Shown one piece after another: positions 35,221-44,749 of a stretch of DNA of 64,000 nucleotides. Below the pieces are notes generated by a model that did no database searches, was not told the origin of the DNA, and saw only the letters and a program-made list of their open reading frames with translations. Source of the DNA: a virus. Made by a program: the position numbers and the translations under genes. Numbering within the stretch: the first letter of the stretch is position 1; every line of letters starts with the position of its first letter. Location of the stretch: the IMG/VR virus record IMGVR_UViG_3300045988_122538, one strand, 5' to 3'.

Positions 35221-35766
35221 ATGTTTACTCCTTTACAGATGGGTACAAACCACATGTTAGGCATAGATAACTACGTACCTCTTACAACAAATAACTTTGA
35301 AGTAAGAATCTACAACATGGACGGGTCTGCACCTACAGAGTTTTCAGATGTATTAACTTTATCTACAGATGAAGTTGGTTCTATTTCTGAGTCTCAAGAT
35401 ATCATTACTATTCACTACGGTAATGGTGTTATTAAGTTCCCAAGTAAGGTTGACTTCGCTGAAACTGATTGGACACTCAATTGTTTCTGTGAGCCTAACG
35501 TCATTGAAAATCTTCGTGCTTGGAGACGACTGGTCTATGATCCAGATACTCAGAAGATGGGATTACCGTCACAGTACATGAAGCAAGTATACTTCATTAA
35601 GTATGACGGACAAGGTAATGTTCGAGATGTTATCAAATGCCCCGGCACTTGGATTGGTGCACTTGATAATGGTGGTGGTAGTCAGTCTGGCGGTGATGTC
35701 GTTAAGGTTAAGGTACCATTCATCATTTCAAGAGCTATCTATCTCAAGCCTGAGGACTTACGATAA
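35221..35766 (+). CDS. tail tube protein
   Basis: 181 aa, immediately downstream of the sheath. Size and position are typical. Confidence 0.6.
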   Translation: MFTPLQMGTNHMLGIDNYVPLTTNNFEVRIYNMDGSAPTEFSDVLTLSTDEVGSISESQDIITIHYGNGVIKFPSKVDFAETDWTLNCFCEPNVIENLRAWRRLVYDPDTQKMGLPSQYMKQVYFIKYDGQGNVRDVIKCPGTWIGALDNGGGSQSGGDVVKVKVPFIISRAIYLKPEDLR

Positions 35767-35769
35767 CTA

Positions 35770-35779
35770 ATCGTTATAT
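35770..35779 (+). promoter_or_regulatory. ATCGTTATAT box (candidate promoter element)
   Basis: Exact 10-mer, 32 nt upstream of ATG 35812. Confidence 0.3.
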
Positions 35780-35811
35780 ATTATATCAAAAACAATATTG
35801 GAGGTATCATT

Positions 35812-36156
35812 ATGAAGCATTTCAAAGCGGTTCCTGGCAAAGGCATTGTTGCAAGCAGCAATATCAAGGGCAGTAAACGCAGATCTATCAAAGCATCCAC
35901 AGTCGATGAAATTGTACCTGGATACAGCGAGTATGATATCCAGGATGCAGCGTACAATTATATCTTAAGTGAGCTTGACGGTGATATAAATCATAGACTC
36001 ACAGCTGAATCTGCTGCAGATAATGCATTACGTGCATTTATTAAAGAATGTAAACAATACGAGGATCTTACAATCAGTGCAGATGAAGAGGCTCAGCTTC
36101 GTCCAATCTTCTATGATGTAGCTAATACTGAATTCAGCTTTGACGAAGATATGTAA
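35812..36156 (+). CDS. hypothetical protein
   Basis: 114-codon ORF with a GGAGG SD, followed by a strong terminator. Confidence 0.55.
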   Translation: MKHFKAVPGKGIVASSNIKGSKRRSIKASTVDEIVPGYSEYDIQDAAYNYILSELDGDINHRLTAESAADNALRAFIKECKQYEDLTISADEEAQLRPIFYDVANTEFSFDEDM

Positions 36157-36216
36157 TTTTCAGATATGTCGTGATTACATCTAATCAGCGATTTTATAAT
36201 TCGATAACTTAACACT

Positions 36217-36266
36217 AAAGCTTCAATTGTGTAATATCTGAAATACACAGTTGAAGCTTTTATATT
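36217..36266 (+). terminator. rho-independent terminator
   Basis: 17-bp stem AAAGCTTCAATTGTGTA(36217-36233)/TACACAGTTGAAGCTTT(36244-36260) with one G-U pair, followed by TATATT. Confidence 0.75.
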
Positions 36267-36284
36267 ATGTAAGGAGTAACTAAT

Positions 36285-36581
36285 ATGAAGAAACTAATAT
36301 TATGTGCTACTATTGATACAGTGTCAGTAACTTTATCTAGAGGTGATGATTCAAGAACAAAAGGAACCGATTACTGGTTCATATACCCGAGTCGTTATGA
36401 TTCCATTGTCCCAAATAATATATGGGACGATTTAGGTGTATCTAAAGACGGAGCTGGTCATTTTTGGAATGATTCAGAAGCATTGGAATATATACAAGAT
36501 AACATTGCAAACTATTATAATGTAAATGTAAATGTGTATAGTGAAACTGGATACCTTATAACTACACTATATCCAGAGTAA
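36285..36581 (+). CDS. hypothetical protein
   Basis: 98-codon ORF with an AAGGAG SD. Confidence 0.55.
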   Translation: MKKLILCATIDTVSVTLSRGDDSRTKGTDYWFIYPSRYDSIVPNNIWDDLGVSKDGAGHFWNDSEALEYIQDNIANYYNVNVNVYSETGYLITTLYPE

Positions 36582-36596
36582 TGCTAAAGTATAAAG

Positions 36597-36606
36597 AACC
36601 TTATAT
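36597..36606 (+). promoter_or_regulatory. AACCTTATAT box (candidate promoter element)
   Basis: Exact 10-mer, 49 nt upstream of ATG 36656. Confidence 0.35.
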
Positions 36607-36655
36607 AAAGATGTAGATAAACTCACCTAAAAACTTTTTAAGGAGTGTAATTTTA

Positions 36656-37471
36656 ATGATTTCAGAAAAGATTGAACTGTTAGGCAAAAGACTATACTCA
36701 AACATTCCACCAGTGTTAACACTTAAGAATGTTCCTACTGCGTCTGAGCTAGATATGGTAGGTAGTGAGGACTTCGACAGAACAATGATAGAAACTATCT
36801 TACCTGCGTCTATCGAAGAGGAAGTTGATTTCAATGAACTGCTGGAGATTGATTATCAGTGGATCTGCAGATGTTTGCGTATCCTTAACTTCGGTCCATA
36901 TTATACTACAAATGCTATCTTCTGTAAGCATTGTGGTAAAACTTCATATGGAGAATATCAAGTTAATCTGAATACAATCGCTTGTAATCCAATCCCTGAT
37001 GACTTCGTGAACGAAATCAAGATTACAAGAGATGAATTCATTGATTTCAAAGGAGACATCATAATCAAGTTGCCTTCAATTCGTTCTATCTTGAATGCAT
37101 ATAAAGACAAGGCATTTCAGTCACCTACAGGGCAGACAAACAGAGAACTTGCAAGAATTTGTTACATGATTTCTTCAATCAAAGGTAAGTCTAATCTTAC
37201 ACCTATTGATATTAAGATGATGCTTCAGCAACAGCTCTCCGCTGCAGATTATATCATTCTGAAGAATAAGGTAACAGAGCTTACAGACTTTGGTCTGCGT
37301 GCTGGTGGTGTAGCTCAGTGTCCGGCGTGTGGCAGCGAAGATGCTGCATTTATCGCGTTGCCGGACGACCGTTTCTTTCGTCCGACCGTGGGAAATCTCA
37401 AACAGTGGAAGCTCGATAGAAGTGCAAGGGCAACTAAAGACGTTTCAGGAGATACGTCAGCAGATGTATGA
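36656..37471 (+). CDS. putative tail assembly chaperone-like protein with two zinc-ribbon motifs
   Basis: 271 aa, directly upstream of the tape measure. CKHCGKTSYGEY... and ...CPACGSEDAAF Cys pairs. AAGGAG SD. Confidence 0.4.
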   Translation: MISEKIELLGKRLYSNIPPVLTLKNVPTASELDMVGSEDFDRTMIETILPASIEEEVDFNELLEIDYQWICRCLRILNFGPYYTTNAIFCKHCGKTSYGEYQVNLNTIACNPIPDDFVNEIKITRDEFIDFKGDIIIKLPSIRSILNAYKDKAFQSPTGQTNRELARICYMISSIKGKSNLTPIDIKMMLQQQLSAADYIILKNKVTELTDFGLRAGGVAQCPACGSEDAAFIALPDDRFFRPTVGNLKQWKLDRSARATKDVSGDTSADV

Positions 37472-37640
37472 AAACATCATTGATGAAACATTATTTATCG
37501 CTAGAGCATCTGAGGGTGCTGTATCTGCAGAATGGATAATGGATCAACCAATATTCATACGTAAGAAATATGTAGATTCATTCACTAAAGAACTTAAAGA
37601 GCGTGAACGTGCTTTGAAGAGTTCAAGTAGAAAGCGGTAA
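37464..37640 (+). CDS. small ORF overlapping the chaperone-like gene stop (ATGTATGA); possibly the distal part of a frameshift product
   Basis: The +1 frame relative to 36656-37471 is open from 37329. ATG 37464 overlaps the upstream stop. Charged C-terminus KELKERERALKSSSRKR. Confidence 0.3.
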   Translation: MYENIIDETLFIARASEGAVSAEWIMDQPIFIRKKYVDSFTKELKERERALKSSSRKR

Positions 37641-37645
37641 CCAAC

Positions 37646-37680
37646 AGGGATGGGATTATACAATCCTGTCCCTATTTTTA
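37646..37680 (+). terminator. possible terminator/attenuator hairpin before the tape-measure gene
   Basis: AGGGA-TG-GGATT-ATAC-AATCC-TG-TCCCT followed by ATTTTTA. It would engulf the track start at 37650, which favours ATG 37707. Confidence 0.4.
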
Positions 37681-37706
37681 ATACTCAATCAGGAGGTGTG
37701 TACGAT

Positions 37707-40700
37707 ATGCCAGATACTAACAGTGAAAATACTAACACTTCTACAGGTGGTGCTGATATACTATCGTCTTTGAATAATTACTTCAATAGTACTACTGCAA
37801 GTAGGAATGATACTATAGCATTGTTGAAATCTATAGACCAAACCACTAAACAGATACTTCAATCCGGTGGTGGAATGTCAGCATCTAATGCACAAAACAT
37901 GATGCCTGGATACCGAAGCAGTAACACATATTTCCAAAGTCGTGCTGGATACAGTAGTCGTGGTGGCGGTAGTTCGTTTTCTAAATTCACTGACGGTCTA
38001 GAATCTGTACTACTAGATGAGTTAGTAGGTAGAGAATTCAAAGATAAACTTCGTGGTATACGTGATAAGTTAGCACGTGACATAGGAGTAAACATTGAAG
38101 ATGTACCAAACGCATTAGGTAAAGCATTAGGCAGTAAGCTTGCTGGGGCTATAAAAAACACTGACATATTCAAAAATGTAATGGGCAGTGTTCGTTCATA
38201 TGGTGGTGGTCTATACACCCGTATGCACGATGCATATGTTAATGGGCGTAATGCAAGCTATACTAAAGCTACTGGTAAAGCTTTTAATGCTTCTAGTACA
38301 AGTGCATCTGCATTCCGAAGTATTTTAGGTGGTAGCGGTACTAAAACATCTACTGGAGGTTCTGCTGCATTCAAAACAGCTAATTCATCTGCATTTAGTA
38401 TGAATGTTCATACTGTTATATTAAAAGCTGATCAGTTGATTACTACTTCAGATACAGATCAATTTGGTGATGCATTATCTAACATATTTGACTTGATAAC
38501 AGGTAGTAGTACATCTGCAGGGGCATCAGGAGCAGCTGGAGCTGGAGCAGCTAAGGTTGGAGCAGCTGGCGCTGGAGCTGGAGCAGTAGGAACTGGAGCT
38601 GGAGCAGCAGGAGCTGGAGCAGGTCTAGTAGAAGCAGGAGCTGGAGCCGGTCTAGTAGAAGCAGGGGCAGCATTATCAGGTCTAGCTTCAGTTGTTGTAG
38701 CAGCTCTCCCTGAAATTTTAATTGTAGTAGCCGCTATAGCTGCTGTTACACTTGCATTACGTGCACTTGAACCTGCAGTAGAAAATACTAAAAAGCTGCT
38801 AAGTTCGTTAGAGAAAGCAGCTGATCGTTATGAATCTAGTAGAGAAGCTAGTTTAGAAGCAGCAGAAGCTAGAATGAAGGCTGACTTTGAAACAATGGTC
38901 AGAAAGCCTTTTGAGATTTTAGAAGAAGCTGCACAGAATCTATATGATGCATGGGACCAGAATGTAAGAATCATCAATGGTACTCAAGGATATAACAAGG
39001 ATGAGTTATATGAGTTGATGGGTGACTTCGCAAATCGCTTACGTAGTGAAGGTCTTGAAAGAGTTGTTAGTACCGATACTGTTACTAACAATTTAGCAAA
39101 GGTTCTTGAATCTGGTTTAAGCGGTCAAGTTGCAGAAGAGTTTGCATATCTTGCTACTAAACTGAATGCAGCTATCCCTACTCAAGATTTCTTTGAGTAT
39201 GCAAGCACATATAGCTCAATCGCTGCTAATGCAATTCAAAAAGGTTCCTCTCAAGCAGATGCTATCGAGTATGCTAACAATCAACTTGAATCTTTCGCTA
39301 GTAACTTACTATATGCAAGTAGAGAAATATCAGGTGGATTTACAACCGGTCTGCAAAATGCGAACGAATTATTTCAACAATCTGTTCAGATAGCTCAAGC
39401 AAGTAAAACAAACAACGCTTCTGAAATATCTGGTGTTATGACTGCTGTAGCGTCTATAGTAGGTGCAGTCGCTCCTGACCTTGCAACTTCTATGACAGAT
39501 GCTATATACAAAGCAGCAACTGGTGGTAATAGTTCTGAGATTGTAGCACTACGTTCACTTGCAGGTATCAATGCGTCTAATACTGAATTTCTAAAAAAAC
39601 TAGCAGAAAATCCACAGAAGGTATTCACTTCACTATTTGAGAATCTTGGCAGCATGCAAAAGATGTCAGAAGATGCTTACATGGAAGTAGCTGAGGGCTT
39701 ATCTAGTGTATTTGGTGTATCTATGGATGCGTTTGCTCGTGTAGATTTCAACTATCTTGCACAGGCTATTTCATCTATGAATACATCTAATGGTGCATTG
39801 AATGAAAACTTAGAGTTACTTGCATCTGGTGAAACTACTACAAGTGCTGAACAACTTAGAATGCAGCAAATCAATGAATATATGTGGGAGGAAGGACTTG
39901 CATATGTAATGGACAATGCTGCTGCTAGAGAAATTCAGAAACACATGTGGGATGAACAAATAGCAAAGGAGCTCATGGAATCTACATATGGTGTAGAGAT
40001 TGAGGGTGCAGCACTTGAATTCCTAGAAGGTATACGAAAGACTATTGATAACATACTTGGATTCTTGAACCCATTCAAAGTTCTGAGTAAAGTTGCAAAT
40101 GTAATAGGAAGTATATCTGAAGCAAGAGCACAAGATGTTGATGTTACACAGATGCTCGAATTAGGTAAGCTTGGTGGGGGCAACGCTCGAGCACTTTATA
40201 ATTTAACTACAAGAAATGCAGATCTTAATTTGACTGAAAATCTAGTAGACCTGATGGGTGGTGTATCAGAATACAACATTGCATCTACAGGTCGTAAACT
40301 TGTAAGCGATCTTCTATATACAGGATGGAATAGTTCATTTGATGCTACTTACGGTGGACAAGGTCTGAATGCTTTATATGCACTAGTATCTTCAGGTGCA
40401 GGTAAAGCTGGTAGAGCTTTATCGTCAATGTTTAGTGGTAAGTCTGCATATAGTTGGGGGACCATTGGTAAGAGCACAGCTAACGCATTATCCACAGCTG
40501 CTAACTCATACACATATACACCTAGTGGATTAGCTAAAATATCGGAACAAGCTACTCAAGCATCTTCAACAGCACAAGCACAGCAGAAAGCAACAGCTCA
40601 ATTAACTGCTATGTTGCAGTCTATGGATGATTATGTAGCACAGGCTACAGCTAATGGTGAATCGGCTGATTATGATGACTGGGTGAAGTCATCTTCTTCT

Positions 40701-41225
40701 GCAAATCATATATCTGATTTCTCAGCAGCATTACAAGATGCAGGTTTAACAGAGGAAGCTGTTAGATCTCAATTCGATGCAGCTACTACACAAGCAGCAC
40801 AAACAGCTGAAAAAGAACGTAAACTTAGAGAAGAGAAATTCTGGACTGATACAGTGGATCTGTTAACTGTAAATAATACAATCCTTCAAGATATATTCGA
40901 CAAACAAGCTGAATTCTTCCAGTCAGTTGTGGATTACTTCATAAACCATCTAGTTTATTCAGATTCTTACAGTCATGAAGATGTAACAAAAGTTCAGAAG
41001 AGAGAAAAGAGTAAATCTGAAACAGCAATATATGCATTAGCACAAGCACTTACACAGAACACTACAGATTTACTTGATCCAACAGTGCAGACAAACACAT
41101 TATTAGCTCAAATATTGAAACTTGTCAATGTACTTGTACAACAAGGTAGCTTAAATACAGAATCTGGTGCTATGTCTAACATACTATCAAACATGGCAAC
41201 AGGTAATTGGGAGATTAAGGTATAA
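37707..41225 (+). CDS. tail tape measure protein
   Basis: About 1172 aa, mostly helical and Ala/Ser/Gln-rich. Contains a Gly-Ala repeat plus a hydrophobic segment (ALPEILIVVAAIAAVTLAL). Lies downstream of the sheath, tube and chaperone genes. AGGAGG at 37691-37696. Confidence 0.8.
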   Translation: MPDTNSENTNTSTGGADILSSLNNYFNSTTASRNDTIALLKSIDQTTKQILQSGGGMSASNAQNMMPGYRSSNTYFQSRAGYSSRGGGSSFSKFTDGLESVLLDELVGREFKDKLRGIRDKLARDIGVNIEDVPNALGKALGSKLAGAIKNTDIFKNVMGSVRSYGGGLYTRMHDAYVNGRNASYTKATGKAFNASSTSASAFRSILGGSGTKTSTGGSAAFKTANSSAFSMNVHTVILKADQLITTSDTDQFGDALSNIFDLITGSSTSAGASGAAGAGAAKVGAAGAGAGAVGTGAGAAGAGAGLVEAGAGAGLVEAGAALSGLASVVVAALPEILIVVAAIAAVTLALRALEPAVENTKKLLSSLEKAADRYESSREASLEAAEARMKADFETMVRKPFEILEEAAQNLYDAWDQNVRIINGTQGYNKDELYELMGDFANRLRSEGLERVVSTDTVTNNLAKVLESGLSGQVAEEFAYLATKLNAAIPTQDFFEYASTYSSIAANAIQKGSSQADAIEYANNQLESFASNLLYASREISGGFTTGLQNANELFQQSVQIAQASKTNNASEISGVMTAVASIVGAVAPDLATSMTDAIYKAATGGNSSEIVALRSLAGINASNTEFLKKLAENPQKVFTSLFENLGSMQKMSEDAYMEVAEGLSSVFGVSMDAFARVDFNYLAQAISSMNTSNGALNENLELLASGETTTSAEQLRMQQINEYMWEEGLAYVMDNAAAREIQKHMWDEQIAKELMESTYGVEIEGAALEFLEGIRKTIDNILGFLNPFKVLSKVANVIGSISEARAQDVDVTQMLELGKLGGGNARALYNLTTRNADLNLTENLVDLMGGVSEYNIASTGRKLVSDLLYTGWNSSFDATYGGQGLNALYALVSSGAGKAGRALSSMFSGKSAYSWGTIGKSTANALSTAANSYTYTPSGLAKISEQATQASSTAQAQQKATAQLTAMLQSMDDYVAQATANGESADYDDWVKSSSSANHISDFSAALQDAGLTEEAVRSQFDAATTQAAQTAEKERKLREEKFWTDTVDLLTVNNTILQDIFDKQAEFFQSVVDYFINHLVYSDSYSHEDVTKVQKREKSKSETAIYALAQALTQNTTDLLDPTVQTNTLLAQILKLVNVLVQQGSLNTESGAMSNILSNMATGNWEIKV
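38529..38670 (+). repeat. GCTGGAGCA-type tandem repeats, including a 27-bp tandem duplication
   Basis: 38607-38633 and 38634-38660 are identical apart from one base and encode AGAGAGLVE twice. The surrounding repeats encode (GA)n. Confidence 0.8.
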
Positions 41226-41270
41226 CCTTCTATATTTATAAACATATCAATAGGGCGGAGGTAAAATTCT

Positions 41271-44084
41271 ATGAATTTTGTTAGATTTCCAGTAAGTGCA
41301 ACAAATATATTCCCTATAGCTAATACTAAGAAGGGCGGTCAGTTAGTAACTGAATTCAACCTTCGTTGTATAGATAGTGTAAGTACAGATGAATCTATTC
41401 AGTATATGGTGGGTCCGTCTTTTGTGCATGGTGCTTCTGATTTTGAAGTTAAGTGTCAAGGTTCTACAGGTTCATTCTTTGCAGACCAAGATGATATATC
41501 AGGTTCAACATCTGTGATAACAATAATGCCAGGTAGAGGTGTTATCAATGGTCACTTTGTAGAGCTTCTAACACCGATTGAAGTTGATATGACTGAGGCA
41601 TATGCTTTAGCTACTAAGAATGGTGAGAATTTCAGCGGTTCACTTGCAATTGGACTGAAAGCAATGTATAGCACAGAAACTACATTGGCTGGTGCACTAT
41701 TGCCTGAGTCTGTTGCAAAGATCAATGTAGATAATCCTGAAGATAGCATAAGTTCTTTATATGAAGGTATTCAAGTTGTTATACTACCTGTAGAAGAATT
41801 TATACTTCCAATTGATTCTCCGTCTGATGTATCGCAAGTAACAGCACATATCAAGTTAGCAGAATTTACATACATCAATGGTGCAGTAAAGGGTCTGACT
41901 AATAACTATCCTGCAAAATGTATCATGTTACCTGCAAGTAGAGTAGGTACTATAGGGAATGGAGATAGTAGTGCTTCAAGTGAGTTCATTAGTAAGAAAG
42001 GGCTTGATCCAAAGAAGCTATATACATATGCGGGGTATAGTACTAAGGTAAATGCTGATGGTACTCCTGTAGTAGCTGATACTTGGTGCGATTCTATGGA
42101 TTCTTTGATGGTATGGGATGCAGATCCTAAACTTGTAACTAAGGGTTCTGAAGAAGATATTCAACCGTACAATGAGGCTACATTTGGTGTTTCTGGTAAT
42201 CGTGTTCAGCTGTTCTTACCTCATAAACAGCCTGATATCAATGGTAAGGAATTTATCACAGATCAAACTGGTGCTCCTCAACGATACAAAGCAAAAACAT
42301 ATCCATTACCTGTAGCAGACTTTGTAAATGGTACTCCAGGTACAGTTGACTCTAAGTATACTAACAACATCAAGAACATCAAAAATATGATATTCAATTT
42401 GTATAACCTTGCACAAGTTAAAGGTGTACAAAGAGCATATATTGAGAACTTAAAATTTGATGATAACGGTGAAAGACCTCTTCCTGAAATCAATTCAAAG
42501 TGGGAGGTAGGAGACTATGTTCTTGTAGGTACAGATGATACTGTAAATGAAACCACAGAAACTGTTACTACATGGATACGCAACCCATCTACTTTATATG
42601 TTGTAATTCCAGGAATTGTAAATCAGATTGCAACTGCTGGTGGTCTTGCTAAACCTGAAGGGCTTGAGCTAGCACGAAAGGAATTAACACCTGAAGATGC
42701 TACTCAGTTAGGTATCACAGATAAATTACATGTTAATGATGATGTATTGTTATCTGTTTTTGGTTATGATACACAGTCATACAGAGGGCTTGTAAATTCT
42801 GATTATTTTACTATCGAATATCTAGATGATACTGGTATTGTAACTACATATGTATACTACAGAGTAGCAGCTACATCTGAGAGAGAATATACTGTACCAC
42901 CAATTATGCTCACAGGTCAAATACCATTAGCATCTACATCTCAAATCGGTGGATTCATTGATGTAGAAGAAACTGCATTAGATCAAGGATATGTACACAT
43001 TGATAGCAATGGTAATCTTGTTTTACTAGATTACGCATTATTGCGTACAGGTGTTTTAGCATATCAGCTTGGCGAAGATTTTACAACCCCTGCTGGTATA
43101 AGCTATGAAGAGGTTCAGTCATTGCTCAATGAATATGTTAATGAACGAGTTGCATTTCCTAATGCTTCTCATATTGAAAAGTCTGAACATCCTCATGTTA
43201 TCTATATCAATCTCAACTTATCTAAATCCGAAGAACTTGTTACACTCAACCTTGGTGACATCGATTCAAGATTTGGTACATCTATATGTGTTAACATCTA
43301 CGGTGAAGTAGATTCTAACACAACTATCAACATCAGTAATTGTGAGAAAATCCGTATTGGTAATATTCCGATATCTACAAATGGTGGTCCTCAAATCAAT
43401 TTGTATCGTTGTAACTTGTATTATGATTCTGGTGTACTCAATTGGGTACGTAATATTGAAAATCTTGAATTATGGTATGAGAAGTATGCAGTTGATGGAG
43501 AAGACCTATCTACCCTGCCAGACCTTATGGTTGATGGGTTGACTGTTACAGAGATTGGAATTCCACCTGTAGGTCAAGATGTAGGTTACTGGACAGAGGA
43601 TACTCCTAACGATAACCATTTCAGATATGCTTTGAAGAGTGTAACATTTGATACACACGGAATGGTTACAGGTTGTTCTGTTCTTATCAAAAATTCAAGT
43701 ACAGCTAATGTAGAAACTGGTAAAGTTATAATCTCAGGAAAGTGTGATTTCCCAACTGGTAATGGTCTTGATATGCCGTTAGCTCGTATTGATAAGCCAG
43801 TAAAGATAACTGGTGATTTTGTAGTAGCGTATTCATCAATGTATGATAGTACTTCAAAGCGAATGCTTGTTCAAGATACAAAATTCACAATGATTACTCC
43901 ATATTATGATGGTCTTGATATTGCAAACAATAAAGCAGGTACACTTGTAGATGGTAAGATTCATTTTCTCTGTGATGTATTCTATATATCTAGAACAGAG
44001 GGGTTAGATCCTGCTACAACAATGTCGCTTGATGGTTGGGATACACAAACTTATCATAGATTTGAAGGATATACTCTTTCTTAA
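41271..44084 (+). CDS. large virion structural protein (function unknown)
   Basis: 937-codon ORF right after the tape measure. GGAGG SD, and the box AACCTTCTATAT at 41224-41235 lies upstream. Confidence 0.5.
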   Translation: MNFVRFPVSATNIFPIANTKKGGQLVTEFNLRCIDSVSTDESIQYMVGPSFVHGASDFEVKCQGSTGSFFADQDDISGSTSVITIMPGRGVINGHFVELLTPIEVDMTEAYALATKNGENFSGSLAIGLKAMYSTETTLAGALLPESVAKINVDNPEDSISSLYEGIQVVILPVEEFILPIDSPSDVSQVTAHIKLAEFTYINGAVKGLTNNYPAKCIMLPASRVGTIGNGDSSASSEFISKKGLDPKKLYTYAGYSTKVNADGTPVVADTWCDSMDSLMVWDADPKLVTKGSEEDIQPYNEATFGVSGNRVQLFLPHKQPDINGKEFITDQTGAPQRYKAKTYPLPVADFVNGTPGTVDSKYTNNIKNIKNMIFNLYNLAQVKGVQRAYIENLKFDDNGERPLPEINSKWEVGDYVLVGTDDTVNETTETVTTWIRNPSTLYVVIPGIVNQIATAGGLAKPEGLELARKELTPEDATQLGITDKLHVNDDVLLSVFGYDTQSYRGLVNSDYFTIEYLDDTGIVTTYVYYRVAATSEREYTVPPIMLTGQIPLASTSQIGGFIDVEETALDQGYVHIDSNGNLVLLDYALLRTGVLAYQLGEDFTTPAGISYEEVQSLLNEYVNERVAFPNASHIEKSEHPHVIYINLNLSKSEELVTLNLGDIDSRFGTSICVNIYGEVDSNTTINISNCEKIRIGNIPISTNGGPQINLYRCNLYYDSGVLNWVRNIENLELWYEKYAVDGEDLSTLPDLMVDGLTVTEIGIPPVGQDVGYWTEDTPNDNHFRYALKSVTFDTHGMVTGCSVLIKNSSTANVETGKVIISGKCDFPTGNGLDMPLARIDKPVKITGDFVVAYSSMYDSTSKRMLVQDTKFTMITPYYDGLDIANNKAGTLVDGKIHFLCDVFYISRTEGLDPATTMSLDGWDTQTYHRFEGYTLS

Positions 44085-44099
44085 TTTGGAGGCGGTTTG

Positions 44100-44735
44100 A
44101 TGTATATACATGACCTTATCAAAATACATTTAGTTAGAGAGGGTTATCTTCCTAACTATCCATACCATCTCATATCAGATGCTGAAATGTGTGATGCATT
44201 TTTTAACGAAGAAGATGAGTCAAAAAGCTATTTCCATGTTACATATCCACGTAGCATGGCATCATACTTAAGCGAGCCTTATGTATTGAAAGATTGTAAG
44301 GGTAAGCCTATTCTTGATAAGGATGGAAATCAAATTGAAGAGACGCCATATGAGGGCCTAGAGCGTGTCATTCGTTATTATATGAATAAACTCAAAACTA
44401 CTAAGGACGATACATGTGTATTGCCTGATTGGGTTTATTCATATATGTTAGGCTCAGTAATAAGCATTCAAAGTGATCCTTTAGATGTTCATGATCTAAT
44501 CAAACCATTAGGTGCAGATAACATAGATGATGAATTCACTCCAGAGGCTGCTTTAGCTTGTTATAAAACAAGTAAGTTATGGATACGAAATACACTCATT
44601 GATGTTTGGGAGCATAATGCTAATGGTGTAAAGTCTACAGATTGTCCTGGATGTCAGAATCTAAGACCACCTACGATGTTTGGTGAGCCTCATATCATAA
44701 AGAGTATCCGGTTATCTGATGCGTCTCCGATATAA
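44100..44735 (+). CDS. hypothetical protein
   Basis: GGAGG at 44088-44092. ATG 44100 has a 7-nt spacing (TTG 44097 is an alternative). Confidence 0.55.
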   Translation: MYIHDLIKIHLVREGYLPNYPYHLISDAEMCDAFFNEEDESKSYFHVTYPRSMASYLSEPYVLKDCKGKPILDKDGNQIEETPYEGLERVIRYYMNKLKTTKDDTCVLPDWVYSYMLGSVISIQSDPLDVHDLIKPLGADNIDDEFTPEAALACYKTSKLWIRNTLIDVWEHNANGVKSTDCPGCQNLRPPTMFGEPHIIKSIRLSDASPI

Positions 44736-44749
44736 AGGAGTGATGACAT

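Noticed and set aside
37650-37706. Track start of the tape-measure ORF at ATG 37650
   Set aside because: There is no SD before 37650, and that ATG lies inside a terminator-like hairpin (37646-37680). AGGAGG at 37691-37696 precedes ATG 37707, so I used 37707.
38529-38670. Short tandem DNA repeats that could be mistaken for a CRISPR array or VNTR locus
   Set aside because: The repeats are in frame inside the tape-measure gene and encode Gly-Ala. There are no spacers and no unique intervening sequence.
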